From sequence record PP496441.1: DNA of 64,000 bases; one strand, written 5' to 3'. The position numbers and the translations under genes were made by a program. The notes under the pieces are model-generated. The model worked only from the letters and a program-made list of their open reading frames with translations. It was not told the DNA's origin and did not search any database. Shown one piece after another: positions 26,340 through 35,961 of the stretch (positions are counted from its first letter, which is position 1; the number at the start of each line of letters is the position of its first letter).

Positions 26340-27458
26340 ATGGCCAGCCACGTCAAGCAAGATTATGCAGCGATCAGTGCGGCGCACCGTACGATCCTGC
26401 GGGAGATCGAAAGAATCCCAGGTCGCAAGAAACACAAGCCGACCAACATCGAGATTCAGTGCCCGTTCCACCCCGGAGACAATACGCCGTCCTGCGGCAT
26501 TTATATAGGCACGGGCGGCACGCTACCCCTAGGTTGGTTCTACTGTTTGGGTTGTGGTGCCAAAGGTCCGTGGAATAAGCTGGCCGAGAAGTTGAAGCTG
26601 CAAACCATTGCAAGGTCTGATACCAAACGGGACAGTGCCTCCGTATCCAGTACGGAAATGGATCGGGCCAGATTGAAGTGTATGGGCGCTGACAAGACCG
26701 GGGTGGATCAGTATGCCAGTGTGATGCGTCTGGGAATGCCTAAGCCGTTCGACAGGCCCCAGTGGAGGGGTATCAGTGGCGCCTTGATGAGGGACTTGGG
26801 TGCACAGATAGCGGTGGATACGACCAGCAAACGACTGCGGGAGGTACTGCTACTGCCACTAACTCTATATGGGGAATTGGTTACCGTCATCAAGGCAGCG
26901 ATGTACAAAGTGAAGGGTGACCTGAGCTATGTCGTGTATGACGAAGCAGATACCAAGACGAAAGGGTTGTTCGGCTTCGACCTAGTGGTGGATATGCTGA
27001 ACAAAGGCAAGTATCAGTGGGTGGTGCTGGTGGAAGGTCAGCGGGACGCATTGCGCCTGATTCAGTACGGCATCCCGGCCATCGCCATCCTTGGCACCCA
27101 GAGCTGGACAGCGGAGAAGCGTGACCTGCTGGTGGGATTGGGTACAGGTGTGGCAGTGATGATGGACGGTGACCCGGCAGGTGTGGCAGCGGCTAGGAAG
27201 ATCATGCCGGACTTGCGCCGTCTAACAGAAGTCCGGGAAATTGATCTGATGCCGTTGACCGAGGAATTCGGACAGAAGGTGGACCCCGGCAACATGCCCA
27301 TCTGGAAAATCAAGGAGCTGCAGGCGCTAAATGTCAGCAGCCGTAAACTTCGGGGGCGCAGAGTTCCCCGGTACAGTCGCAGGCAGGAACGTGTCGATAA
27401 GCAAACACGTCAAGGCCAAGTTAATCGATATCAAGTTGAACTGGAGCAGTCAGAATGA
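26340..27458 (+). CDS. dnaG: DNA primase (CHC2 zinc finger plus Toprim)
   Basis: 'CPFH...TPSC...YCLGC', 'LVEGQRDA', 'MMDGDPAG'; GAGG RBS 8 nt before ATG 26340. Confidence 0.88.
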   Translation: MASHVKQDYAAISAAHRTILREIERIPGRKKHKPTNIEIQCPFHPGDNTPSCGIYIGTGGTLPLGWFYCLGCGAKGPWNKLAEKLKLQTIARSDTKRDSASVSSTEMDRARLKCMGADKTGVDQYASVMRLGMPKPFDRPQWRGISGALMRDLGAQIAVDTTSKRLREVLLLPLTLYGELVTVIKAAMYKVKGDLSYVVYDEADTKTKGLFGFDLVVDMLNKGKYQWVVLVEGQRDALRLIQYGIPAIAILGTQSWTAEKRDLLVGLGTGVAVMMDGDPAGVAAARKIMPDLRRLTEVREIDLMPLTEEFGQKVDPGNMPIWKIKELQALNVSSRKLRGRRVPRYSRRQERVDKQTRQGQVNRYQVELEQSE

Positions 27459-28459
27459 AACGTAGTTCATGGGGTGCCATCTTTCGCTACACGTGGGCGG
27501 ACATGTTCAAGGGCATGGGGCCAGATTGGGCTCGTACGTGGAAAGACATACACGGGAGTATATACGGACCCAATACGCCACTTACGTGGGTTCTTAAGGC
27601 GATCATCACGGTGATGATCATCTTAGTGTCCATGGTGGTGTTCGTTATCCCCTTGATGATCACCGTATTCTTTGGTAACCTTTGGGAGAACTACAGACGG
27701 TTCCGGACTCCAGACATGCACTATGCTGCCGGTCGCCGTACGAGAAGAAAGCTTGATCTCCTCCTTCGTGCGTATAACGTCTTAGATGTAGATAGGCAGA
27801 AAGGAACTCGGCCAATGATACGAGACGTATCCTTCGATCCTTTCTGGGGTGACTTCATTCGTCGCTGGATCTCAGTAGCCTCCGATAAACGTGTGAGTTA
27901 CGACCATATCCCCAAACCGGATGCGTCCGGGGTCATTCCAGCTGTGCGCCCGCTTGTGCATAACGCTGCAGGCGGGGCTTCCGACATTCCGGTGTCCCAA
28001 CGTACCGTTCCACGCATATCGAAGCGCCTGCGTCGTCCTGTGAAGCTCGTTCCCGTGTCCGTGAATGTCACGACGGTGGGAGGTGAGAGTTGTCCGATTG
28101 GGCACAACTGGACAATCACGGAAGAGATTGTTGCAGGTAGGGTGTCGCCGGGTGTCGAAGTCAAGATCGGCCGCATGTACAGGGAACCCGAGGGAGAGGA
28201 AGTCAAAACTGCACAAGTCCCTTTCAAAGCCGGGGAGACGTGGATTGATCCTAGATCAATTCCGCGAGCTTACTCTATGTCAGCTGTGGGAGGTAGTGGT
28301 AGAGGTATAGTTAACGGAACCCCTTTGGATTCTCAATCCCGACCCAGCTATTATATCGGAGGTGGCCGCTGGACTTACGACTATGCGGAAGCGATCCGGT
28401 TCAAGCTGTTCTTTGAGGAACTGGTAAAAGATTTGGTTAATGTAATAATTGAGCAATAA
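27455..28459 (+). CDS. Hypothetical membrane-anchored protein
   Basis: Hydrophobic segment 'AIITVMIILVSMVVFVIPLMITVFFG'; ATGA overlap with primase. Confidence 0.6.
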   Translation: MKRSSWGAIFRYTWADMFKGMGPDWARTWKDIHGSIYGPNTPLTWVLKAIITVMIILVSMVVFVIPLMITVFFGNLWENYRRFRTPDMHYAAGRRTRRKLDLLLRAYNVLDVDRQKGTRPMIRDVSFDPFWGDFIRRWISVASDKRVSYDHIPKPDASGVIPAVRPLVHNAAGGASDIPVSQRTVPRISKRLRRPVKLVPVSVNVTTVGGESCPIGHNWTITEEIVAGRVSPGVEVKIGRMYREPEGEEVKTAQVPFKAGETWIDPRSIPRAYSMSAVGGSGRGIVNGTPLDSQSRPSYYIGGGRWTYDYAEAIRFKLFFEELVKDLVNVIIEQ

Positions 28460-28522
28460 GAAATAAAAACCCCCAAGCAATCTCGGACATAGCGCCGGGG
28501 GCTTGGGGGTTTTTATTTCTTA
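28457..28522. terminator. Bidirectional terminator with perfect 22-bp arms
   Basis: TAAGAAATAAAAACCCCCAAGC-N22-GCTTGGGGGTTTTTATTTCTTA between convergent genes. Confidence 0.88.
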
Positions 28523-28966
28523 CTTGACAGCTCCGCCGACAATTGCGGCCGCAGGGCTGTACTTCGCCATCGGGTCTTCCGGCAAGGGAACGTCTTTGCA
28601 CTGGTCCTCCTTGAGGTCACGCCGGTAGTAGCACAGGAGTACCTTGTCCGACTTGATGTACCCCATGATCGATTGCAGATTGACACCCATGCTCAGGTAG
28701 TCCTGCCATGACAGTGCCACGAACGTGGTCTTTCCGTCAGCGACTTGCTTCTCGAACTCATCGATGTTCTTGTCGCTGACCACTTTCCACGTGACCGACT
28801 TAAGGCTTAGCGCTTGCTGCCTTGGTGGATGGAACTGGGGTATTACTCCCGCATCTTCCGCCGGTTGCACATTGGAGGTCGTTGAGCACGCTGTTAGAAG
28901 CATTGTTAATACGACGCTCAACAAGGGTAGGCTTCTTACGTACGACTTCTTCAGTCTTTTTATCAC
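28520..28966 (-). CDS. Outer-membrane spanin (o-spanin) lipoprotein
   Basis: Lipobox 'LLTAC'; overlaps the upstream i-spanin-like gene in another frame. Confidence 0.75.
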   Translation of the reverse strand: MIKRLKKSYVRSLPLLSVVLTMLLTACSTTSNVQPAEDAGVIPQFHPPRQQALSLKSVTWKVVSDKNIDEFEKQVADGKTTFVALSWQDYLSMGVNLQSIMGYIKSDKVLLCYYRRDLKEDQCKDVPLPEDPMAKYSPAAAIVGGAVK

Positions 28967-29303
28967 GGTGACTCTCCAATTTATCGGTAGCGGTTTCTTT
29001 CTCGCTGCGGATGATGTTCAACTGTTCGTTGACCGCGTTGGCAAAGAGCTGGGTAGACGTGGCGGACGTTTGCAGCCGGGAGATCTGGAACGCGGCTTGA
29101 CCCAGTTGCAGGTCACGTTGCGCGATAGTTCCCGCCTGCTTTTGGTTTTCTTCCTGAAGATGATACACCACTAGAATGCTGGCACCCAGTAGCGTTGCCA
29201 GAACAAGCGTAACCCCGATCATCACCTTGCCCAGCATTGAACCGATAAGGCTCTTGCTGCCGGTAACCACCGCTTCCTCCACGGTATCGATCACGTTACT
29301 CAT
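28800..29303 (-). CDS. Inner-membrane spanin (i-spanin)
   Basis: N-terminal transmembrane segment then coiled-coil; C-terminal Cys residues; overlaps the lipoprotein gene. Confidence 0.72.
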   Translation of the reverse strand: MSNVIDTVEEAVVTGSKSLIGSMLGKVMIGVTLVLATLLGASILVVYHLQEENQKQAGTIAQRDLQLGQAAFQISRLQTSATSTQLFANAVNEQLNIIRSEKETATDKLESHRDKKTEEVVRKKPTLVERRINNASNSVLNDLQCATGGRCGSNTPVPSTKAASAKP

Positions 29304-29616
29304 TGGTAGGATCTCTAGTTATGATTACAGATGGGGGAGGGCCATTGTCGAACTTCCCGTTAGGTCCGGTTTCCACGTAGAACTTGAAATAGGCCGCAGC
29401 AGAGCCGACGGTGGCAGCTAAGATTGCAGCAGCCCCCAGCCCATCCATAGACGACGCCTTCATCCAGTTGATAACATCAAATGACAGCTTCATCCAGAAG
29501 AACAGCAGCAGGATGGGGAAGATCCGCCATGCGACCATGATGTATTGCACGTGGTCCACGAAAGACCTGAACCACGGATTTAGTTGTTGCGGATCAGGTT
29601 TCTGTGACGAAGCCAT
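29296..29616 (-). CDS. Holin-like protein with two transmembrane segments
   Basis: Two hydrophobic helices; located between the amidase-like gene and the spanins. Confidence 0.55.
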   Translation of the reverse strand: MASSQKPDPQQLNPWFRSFVDHVQYIMVAWRIFPILLLFFWMKLSFDVINWMKASSMDGLGAAAILAATVGSAAAYFKFYVETGPNGKFDNGPPPSVIITRDPTNE

Positions 29617-30088
29617 ACGGCACCCCTTGCAGTGTTTGAACTAGCGCTTGTACATCGAAGCAGGGACTCTCAGTCGGTGGCTGTCCTTCCACCTGGGGAT
29701 GTTCCTTGGCCCCGCGTATCTCCGTGAGAGGAATCCTGTACTTGCTGACCAAACTGTCCAGCAGATAGCACAGCGATTCCTTTTGCACCGGCGTGAAGTT
29801 GTCCACCCACTCGCCTTTGTTGTTCAAGCCCCCGATCAAGCAGATACCCAAGTTGCCCTGAGCCTTGTTCGGGGTGTGCATGCCGATCGATCTGTCGTCC
29901 CGGCCATTGATCACGTTCCCGTTAGGAAGTATCAGGTAGTGAAAGTCAATGAACAGTCCGGTGTGTGAACACTTGCGCTTCGGGTCTGACTGGCAGGACT
30001 TCATAGTCTGGGAGTTCAGGAATTCAAGCCATGAGAACCCCGTCATCTTTTCAGTCCCGGAGCAATGGATTGTTACCTCTGAGATCAT
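29594..30088 (-). CDS. T7-lysozyme-like N-acetylmuramoyl-L-alanine amidase fold with a degenerate active site
   Basis: 'TIHCSGT', 'HYLILPNG.V..GR', 'GICLIGG...FTP.QK.SL..LL', 'PCFDV'; several catalytic positions are substituted. Confidence 0.8.
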   Translation of the reverse strand: MISEVTIHCSGTEKMTGFSWLEFLNSQTMKSCQSDPKRKCSHTGLFIDFHYLILPNGNVINGRDDRSIGMHTPNKAQGNLGICLIGGLNNKGEWVDNFTPVQKESLCYLLDSLVSKYRIPLTEIRGAKEHPQVEGQPPTESPCFDVQALVQTLQGVPYGFVTET

Positions 30089-30555
30089 TATAACTCCCCT
30101 TGTAGCAATTGGCGGGTGTTGCCAGTCTTCCCGGTCAAGCCAAGGTTCTTAGTGAAGAAATCGAACAGGACTTTGCCCGTGACCGCGTGGTTCTTAGGCA
30201 TAACTTCCACCCCGTTCTCGCGAAGGCACTCGGAGATGAGTTCGAAGCAGTACCACCTGTCCTTGGAGTGAATGTGCAGGAACCACAAGGCGATCCCGAG
30301 GAAGTCGTACTTACGGCCTCTGTTCCGTAGCAAGAATTCCTTGGCATCCATCTGTGGGAAGTCGAACACCATGATGGTGCGATCCATCTCATGCTCCGGG
30401 AACGTGTTGATGTCGAGGTGACCCCGAGCCATGTTCGAGTCCCAGACTTCGTCTCCCTGCACAATGGACGCATGCGAAACAGGATAGCCTGTGCCGATAC
30501 TGACAGCCATCGATGCGATATCGTAGACATAGGCTTGATGAAGAATAACGCGCAT
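30088..30555 (-). CDS. Permuted papain-like (YiiX/YaeF, NlpC/P60-related) enzyme
   Basis: His in 'SHASI', 'GRKYDF', and Cys in 'WYCFEL'. Confidence 0.7.
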   Translation of the reverse strand: MRVILHQAYVYDIASMAVSIGTGYPVSHASIVQGDEVWDSNMARGHLDINTFPEHEMDRTIMVFDFPQMDAKEFLLRNRGRKYDFLGIALWFLHIHSKDRWYCFELISECLRENGVEVMPKNHAVTGKVLFDFFTKNLGLTGKTGNTRQLLQGEL

Positions 30556-30640
30556 GATCCTAACCTTCCCTTTTGAACTGACTTACTGGTACCTGTATGA
30601 TGTCGCGGATTGGGATAGGCAATCCTTTGCCTGTTCTTGC

Positions 30641-31201
30641 TTACCAGACGATAACGTTCAACTCTTCCCGAGTTCCTGCCACTTTGATCTGGTTTTCCAG
30701 CTGATCCTTCCGGACTAAGGTATCCAGTATAAAGGCTTTGGCATCTTGCCCCACCTTTTGAATCTGGTCCTTGTTGTGCATCCGGTACTGACTCACGTTG
30801 TCCGAATCGGTGCACCAGAACGGAGTCTGCCAGTTGTCATCTTTACTCAACAGCGAATCCACGACGGATGCTGTCAGGTTGGCCTGATCCGTAACCTTGG
30901 ACGGGTACGTGTAAGACTTACCCAGCGCCGTGCTGACAAAGCCACTGGTGATCGCCACGGCACACGCCTTGGCAATGATGTCCAGCTTGTTCTCTCGCAA
31001 CAATTCCACGTCGATCATCTCAACGGGGGTAAGAGGTGCTTCGAACTGACCAGAACGGTATGTCCATCCCACTTGAACAGGTGAATCATCGCGAAGGCGT
31101 TGAAGTGTTCGGTTTGCTTCAGGTTTCCAATCGGATATACCATCCCACATCGCAATAGATTCCACGACGCCCTTGTAGATTACTGCGTAGTTGTCACTCA
31201 T
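30641..31201 (-). CDS. Tail fibre assembly/chaperone-like protein (DUF4376-like C-terminus)
   Basis: Immediately downstream of the fibre gene; 'GFVSTALGKSYTYPS...DQANL...W'. Confidence 0.7.
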   Translation of the reverse strand: MSDNYAVIYKGVVESIAMWDGISDWKPEANRTLQRLRDDSPVQVGWTYRSGQFEAPLTPVEMIDVELLRENKLDIIAKACAVAITSGFVSTALGKSYTYPSKVTDQANLTASVVDSLLSKDDNWQTPFWCTDSDNVSQYRMHNKDQIQKVGQDAKAFILDTLVRKDQLENQIKVAGTREELNVIVW

Positions 31202-31253
31202 TGTATCTCCTTAACTGGGCCGAAGCCCAGTTATCTAACTTGGGTATTGAGGG

Positions 31254-34200
31254 TTACCACTGGAGGAAGATTACGCCTGCTTTACCCGCGCTGCCGTTCC
31301 CGCCTTTTGCCGCGCTGACGTTGGCGTAGTTCTGGCGAGTATACGCACCGCCACCGCCACCGCCACCTGCACCGTAACCAATCGAGGCTGACCCGTTGCT
31401 ACCCGGACCGTTGGCCTGACGACCACCACCACCGCCCGTACCCCAAGGAGTACCTGCACCTGCACCGCCCGCGCCGCCCAGATACAAGCCGGGGGCGTCT
31501 TGTCCGTCGGTAACACCGGGAACAAGGCTAATACCGCCTGCGCCCGAAGCGGTGCCACCTACTGAACCACGTGTACCTCCACCTAGGGTAAGAAGTGTGG
31601 TAGATCCGAGTTTGAACGTGGTAGCACTACCGTTACCCCCTTGCAGACCTGCACCCGCCTCACTACCTACCACACCTTGGGCCAAAGCCGGGCCACCATT
31701 ACCGCCTGCGCCACCGCCACCGATGGTAATGGTATAGGTGCTTCCCGGTACTACCGTGATCGGAGTAAGAACTGCATACGTACCACAACCACCACCCGAA
31801 CCCCCACCTGAGCCACTGTCTGAGGCGCCACCGCCCCCCGCACCACCGCCACCGCCACCGCAACCCGAAAGGTAAACAGTGGTCACACCTGCTGGACACA
31901 ACCAAGAGCCACTAGCAGTAAACGTCTGAACGCCGGTGAATTGCCCGATCATGTCTTGCGGCGCTACGATCGAACCCCGGTCAACGATCCAGTAGGAGGT
32001 GCCACTTGTTGCCAGCTCCAATGTCTCCAGTGGTTGCATGGTGATCTGCTGCACCGAACCAGAGTCACTGATGGTTGCACCGGACGGAGCTACAATCGTC
32101 TGAACCGTGGAAGTCGGGTTGCGGAACACGAAGGTTGCACCCGGAAGCAACGTGGTAGGATCGGGGAGCGTTACTGTGATACCACTACCCGCCAGGTTCA
32201 ACCAGTAGCCGGAATGCGAGACGTCCAACGTGATGCTAGCGGATACCCCGACACCGACACCTTTAAACTTACGCGACTGCGAGAAGTTCAAGTTCTGTGC
32301 ATAGGCCGTGTTAGCCAGACGAGTGCTGTTGTCCGTGGTAGGTGGTGTAGGTGCGGTCGGAGTTCCGATTAATGAAGGCGAGTCAGTGGCTACCGCCTCG
32401 TTCCACGCAGTCCAGTTTCCACCTGCCTGACTCCGCCAGAACATCCTGTTGTTGGAGTTAAGAGCAGTAGCAATCTGTAGGCAACCCCCACCGTTGTAAG
32501 GTACCACGATGACTGAGAAGTTAGACGAGATCGGAATGTTGGCCGTGGTAGACTGAGCGCGGTACAAGCCACCCAATACAGCCTGGTTCATGTCGTTGCC
32601 GGTGACGATGTTGCTGACCAGCGTGCCCAGGCCCCATGCTGCCAACTGGTTCTGAACGAACGCGGTGTTAGCGATGGTCAGGTCGGTATCACCCAGCGCA
32701 GCTGTAGGGGCCTGCGGGTCACCAGTGAATACCGGAGAATCTGTAGTAGCCAGTTCTTTCCATGGGAACCAGGCACCATCATGCTTGACCCGCGTGAAGG
32801 TACGGTTGCGGCCCGACGGGAAGATCGAGCTGGCGTACTGCGTTACTCGAAACGCCCCAGGTACACCAATGGTGATCAGGGTGAAGGCTACTGCTGTCGT
32901 ACCCGCAACACCCAAGAGTGGACGGTTGTAGGTAGTCGAGTTGGTTTCCGTACCTTCGGCCTTAACGAAGGAGTTCAACGGGGCGTCGTTGAAGTTCAGA
33001 GTGTCGCCGCTGATCGCGGAACCACCCAACCCAGATGCACCCATCAAACCTTGCACGAAAGCGGTGTTGGCAATACTCAGGTCGTTGTCTGCCAACGATG
33101 CTGTAGGAGCCTTTGGATCGCCAGTGAACGTCGGCGAATCCAGGCTTGCAATTTCACGCCATTGCGACCATTGAGTAACGCTGTTTACCTGCCCGTTGGA
33201 CACCCGCTGGAACATGCGGTTGTTAGCCTGCGGCATGAAAATCTGCTGGGTGTAATACAGAGCGTTAGTGGCAACAATCACAACGCCGGACAGATAGTTC
33301 ACGCCGTTGATCGTGATAGTCGAACTAACCTGATACGTACCACCCTCGGTTAGCGTACCAACGTCGGCAACAGTATCGTCCATGTCTGACGTACCAATAC
33401 CGTACCGCGCCAAGACATTTCGGACGAAGTTCGTGGTAGCAACCGAGGTATCGTTATCCGTGGTTACCGGCGTAGGAGCCTTAGGATCCCCAGTGAAGAC
33501 CGGGGAGTCCAGCGCTGCGAACTCTTTCCACCCACCCCACGAATTCGACGCACGAACACGCCAGAAGATGCGGGTAGGGTTCAACGGTGATGCCCAGATC
33601 TGCAACGCGGCGCTGCCATCCCCAAACGGGGTATGGATCATCAGGCCGTTAGACGCAATCGGAACACCGGTGGCAGTGGTAGAGGAGTTGTAGTAGAAAC
33701 CACCTGCACCCACGGCGTTAAGGTCTGTGACGTTCGCAGCATTCGGCGTACCGATACCGAACAGGGCCATTGCTGCTCTTACGAACGCAGTGTTTGCCAC
33801 CGAGGTATCTATGTCACCTGCCGCTGCCGTCGGGGCCTTGGGGTCGCCCGTGAACGTCGGCGAGTCAATCGTCGCCTTGGTAGCAATCAGGTTGTTCATC
33901 GTGGTTGCGAAGTTGGGATCGTCTCCCAGTGCCGCAGCCAGTTCGTTCAAGGTGTCCAATGCTCCCGGCGAAGAGTCGATCAGCGCAGCAATCGCCAGCT
34001 TCACGAAGGCCGTGGTAGCAACCGAGTTGTCATTATCTGTAAGCGGCGGAGTTGGTGCCTTGGGATCACCAGTGAACGTCGGACTGTTGATCGGTGCGTA
34101 CGCCGTCAGGTCAACTCGGGTACTGCTTACGAGTTGGAAGCTCGCCCCGTCGTAGAACACGTCATGCACCTTACCTACCGACAGCTCGCCGCCTGTGAGG

Positions 34201-35294
34201 GCATCCGTACCATTGGACGTAATTGCCTTGGCGCCCAAACTGTTCAGGTTCAGGGTAGCTGCACCGGTGTTGGCAGTAGCAACCTTGAGCTGAAAGCGCT
34301 GGCCTGCTGCGTAGCTGGTGAACGCTTGCCCGAATGCACCCGCTGTCGGGATGCTGTAGGTCAGTACGTTGGCACTCGGCTGACCTACCTGACCGAGGTA
34401 AGTGAGTCCGGCACCGCGTTGAGCCGCAGTCTTGACGAAGCCCGCGTGAGTGGCATCGTCTACCACACGCCAGCCAGTCGTGGCGTTGACGTACTGATAG
34501 CCTCGCACCCCATTGATCGATTGGATGTAGTCAGATCCAGTCACAATGCCTTCGAACGCTTGGCCCGCTGCCGCTGTGATCTTGATCGGATACAGGTTGG
34601 AGTTGGCCGAGTAGTCGCCAACAAACACCAGGTCACCAACCCGGCCTTGTGGCAGGGCTACCGAAGGTGCGGCAATACTGTTGGTGTTGTTGACCCACAA
34701 CATCTCGCCGTTGTTGACGGGCAAGGCCGTGGCGATAGCTACCGCGACCCGGCTGTTACCGAAGCCGCCGACACCCATCTGACCTACAGCCAGTTGAACG
34801 TCCCACGATGCACCGTTCCAGATGAACCGGTAGTCTGCGTAGGGGGTTGCCATTACGAAGTTCGGCAGACCGCCGACAGCGACGCCGTTACCCGAGATGG
34901 TCACCGGATACGTACCGATGGTGCCCCCGGTTACCTGCACACGGACCGCATCGCCGACGACCAGAGCAGTACGCTTGGTGGCATCAGACTGGTTAGGAAT
35001 CTGCTTGTCAGTAGGTAGCAGCATGGTTACAGGGTTGAGCAAAGCCTGATGCTGGTACATGCCGTTGGCGAACAACAGGGTGTTGTTGTCCGAGCCGTTG
35101 GTCTGAAGCAGTGTCAGATAGGCACCCATGGCTTGCTGCAACATCTCGGTGCTTTGGTACAAGCTATACAGCGGCCTGTTCAGCACACCTTCCGTGGGTA
35201 CGGGCGGTTCTTGAATCGAACCGTCAGCATGCTCGCCGTCTTTAAACCAGCCGACCAGTGCCTTTGGAATGAATTTGAGTAAGTTATTAGCCAT
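31254..35294 (-). CDS. Long tail fibre protein
   Basis: Six 'SP.FTG.P.APT...D.D.S.ANTAFV' repeats, four knob-like inserts and a Gly-rich C-terminal domain. Confidence 0.9.
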   Translation of the reverse strand: MANNLLKFIPKALVGWFKDGEHADGSIQEPPVPTEGVLNRPLYSLYQSTEMLQQAMGAYLTLLQTNGSDNNTLLFANGMYQHQALLNPVTMLLPTDKQIPNQSDATKRTALVVGDAVRVQVTGGTIGTYPVTISGNGVAVGGLPNFVMATPYADYRFIWNGASWDVQLAVGQMGVGGFGNSRVAVAIATALPVNNGEMLWVNNTNSIAAPSVALPQGRVGDLVFVGDYSANSNLYPIKITAAAGQAFEGIVTGSDYIQSINGVRGYQYVNATTGWRVVDDATHAGFVKTAAQRGAGLTYLGQVGQPSANVLTYSIPTAGAFGQAFTSYAAGQRFQLKVATANTGAATLNLNSLGAKAITSNGTDALTGGELSVGKVHDVFYDGASFQLVSSTRVDLTAYAPINSPTFTGDPKAPTPPLTDNDNSVATTAFVKLAIAALIDSSPGALDTLNELAAALGDDPNFATTMNNLIATKATIDSPTFTGDPKAPTAAAGDIDTSVANTAFVRAAMALFGIGTPNAANVTDLNAVGAGGFYYNSSTTATGVPIASNGLMIHTPFGDGSAALQIWASPLNPTRIFWRVRASNSWGGWKEFAALDSPVFTGDPKAPTPVTTDNDTSVATTNFVRNVLARYGIGTSDMDDTVADVGTLTEGGTYQVSSTITINGVNYLSGVVIVATNALYYTQQIFMPQANNRMFQRVSNGQVNSVTQWSQWREIASLDSPTFTGDPKAPTASLADNDLSIANTAFVQGLMGASGLGGSAISGDTLNFNDAPLNSFVKAEGTETNSTTYNRPLLGVAGTTAVAFTLITIGVPGAFRVTQYASSIFPSGRNRTFTRVKHDGAWFPWKELATTDSPVFTGDPQAPTAALGDTDLTIANTAFVQNQLAAWGLGTLVSNIVTGNDMNQAVLGGLYRAQSTTANIPISSNFSVIVVPYNGGGCLQIATALNSNNRMFWRSQAGGNWTAWNEAVATDSPSLIGTPTAPTPPTTDNSTRLANTAYAQNLNFSQSRKFKGVGVGVSASITLDVSHSGYWLNLAGSGITVTLPDPTTLLPGATFVFRNPTSTVQTIVAPSGATISDSGSVQQITMQPLETLELATSGTSYWIVDRGSIVAPQDMIGQFTGVQTFTASGSWLCPAGVTTVYLSGCGGGGGGAGGGGASDSGSGGGSGGGCGTYAVLTPITVVPGSTYTITIGGGGAGGNGGPALAQGVVGSEAGAGLQGGNGSATTFKLGSTTLLTLGGGTRGSVGGTASGAGGISLVPGVTDGQDAPGLYLGGAGGAGAGTPWGTGGGGGRQANGPGSNGSASIGYGAGGGGGGGAYTRQNYANVSAAKGGNGSAGKAGVIFLQW

Positions 35295-35364
35295 TTAAAG
35301 AATCCCTGAATCAGTGGTGGCTGTACATCTGAGGAGCCTAGGCCTTAGGCGAATATGATTGGGA

Positions 35365-35961
35365 TCAAGCAAACACAATCGTCCACCTTAGGACTAACTT
35401 GCGCTGGTTGGTCTTGACCAGTGCGGGGAACGTCTCGCGGCAAAACAGGTTGCCGTTGGTGCAAAACATCCCTGCTTCGGTATACGCCAGACCAGCCGAC
35501 GGCGTGGTGGGGTTGTTACCTTCGGACTTGTCAATGACCAGCGTGTACTGAACCTGGGTCTCGCTGCCGGTCGGCTGATACGTGTAGTCTTTCGGATCGA
35601 CCGACGTGTTGAAGAGCTTGCTGAACACCGTGGAAGATACGTCCAGCAGGCCAACGTCAGTTTCTTTCGGCGCAACCGGGGTCATAATGTCGCCGGTGGT
35701 CAGGTTGTGACCTTTGGTGCCGAACTTGAACGACGCAATGGAATAGGCTGCATCTGCTGACGCCAGCAAATGGGCCAGCGCCTTGGCACCGAGCGTTACC
35801 ACGAGGTTGGGTTTGAAGTGCACCAGTCGAGTGATACCGTCTTCCTCGATGTACGCTTCCACCTGACCACGGCACTTGATTCCCTCAGCCTTGTCCATGC
35901 CGATACCCGTTTCCATTGCTGCGATGGCCTGAATGGCTTCTACGGTCTGATGCGTGCTCAT
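35365..35961 (-). CDS. Baseplate/tail fibre attachment protein
   Basis: 'NLVVTLG...LAHLL...F.FGT', 'EAGMF...LFCRETFP.L.K' pattern; lies between wedge and fibre genes. Confidence 0.65.
   Translation of the reverse strand: MSTHQTVEAIQAIAAMETGIGMDKAEGIKCRGQVEAYIEEDGITRLVHFKPNLVVTLGAKALAHLLASADAAYSIASFKFGTKGHNLTTGDIMTPVAPKETDVGLLDVSSTVFSKLFNTSVDPKDYTYQPTGSETQVQYTLVIDKSEGNNPTTPSAGLAYTEAGMFCTNGNLFCRETFPALVKTNQRKLVLRWTIVFA

Noticed and set aside
31254-35294. Diversity-generating retroelement or invertible tail-fibre cassette
   Set aside because: No reverse transcriptase, TR/VR pair or invertase is in the window.
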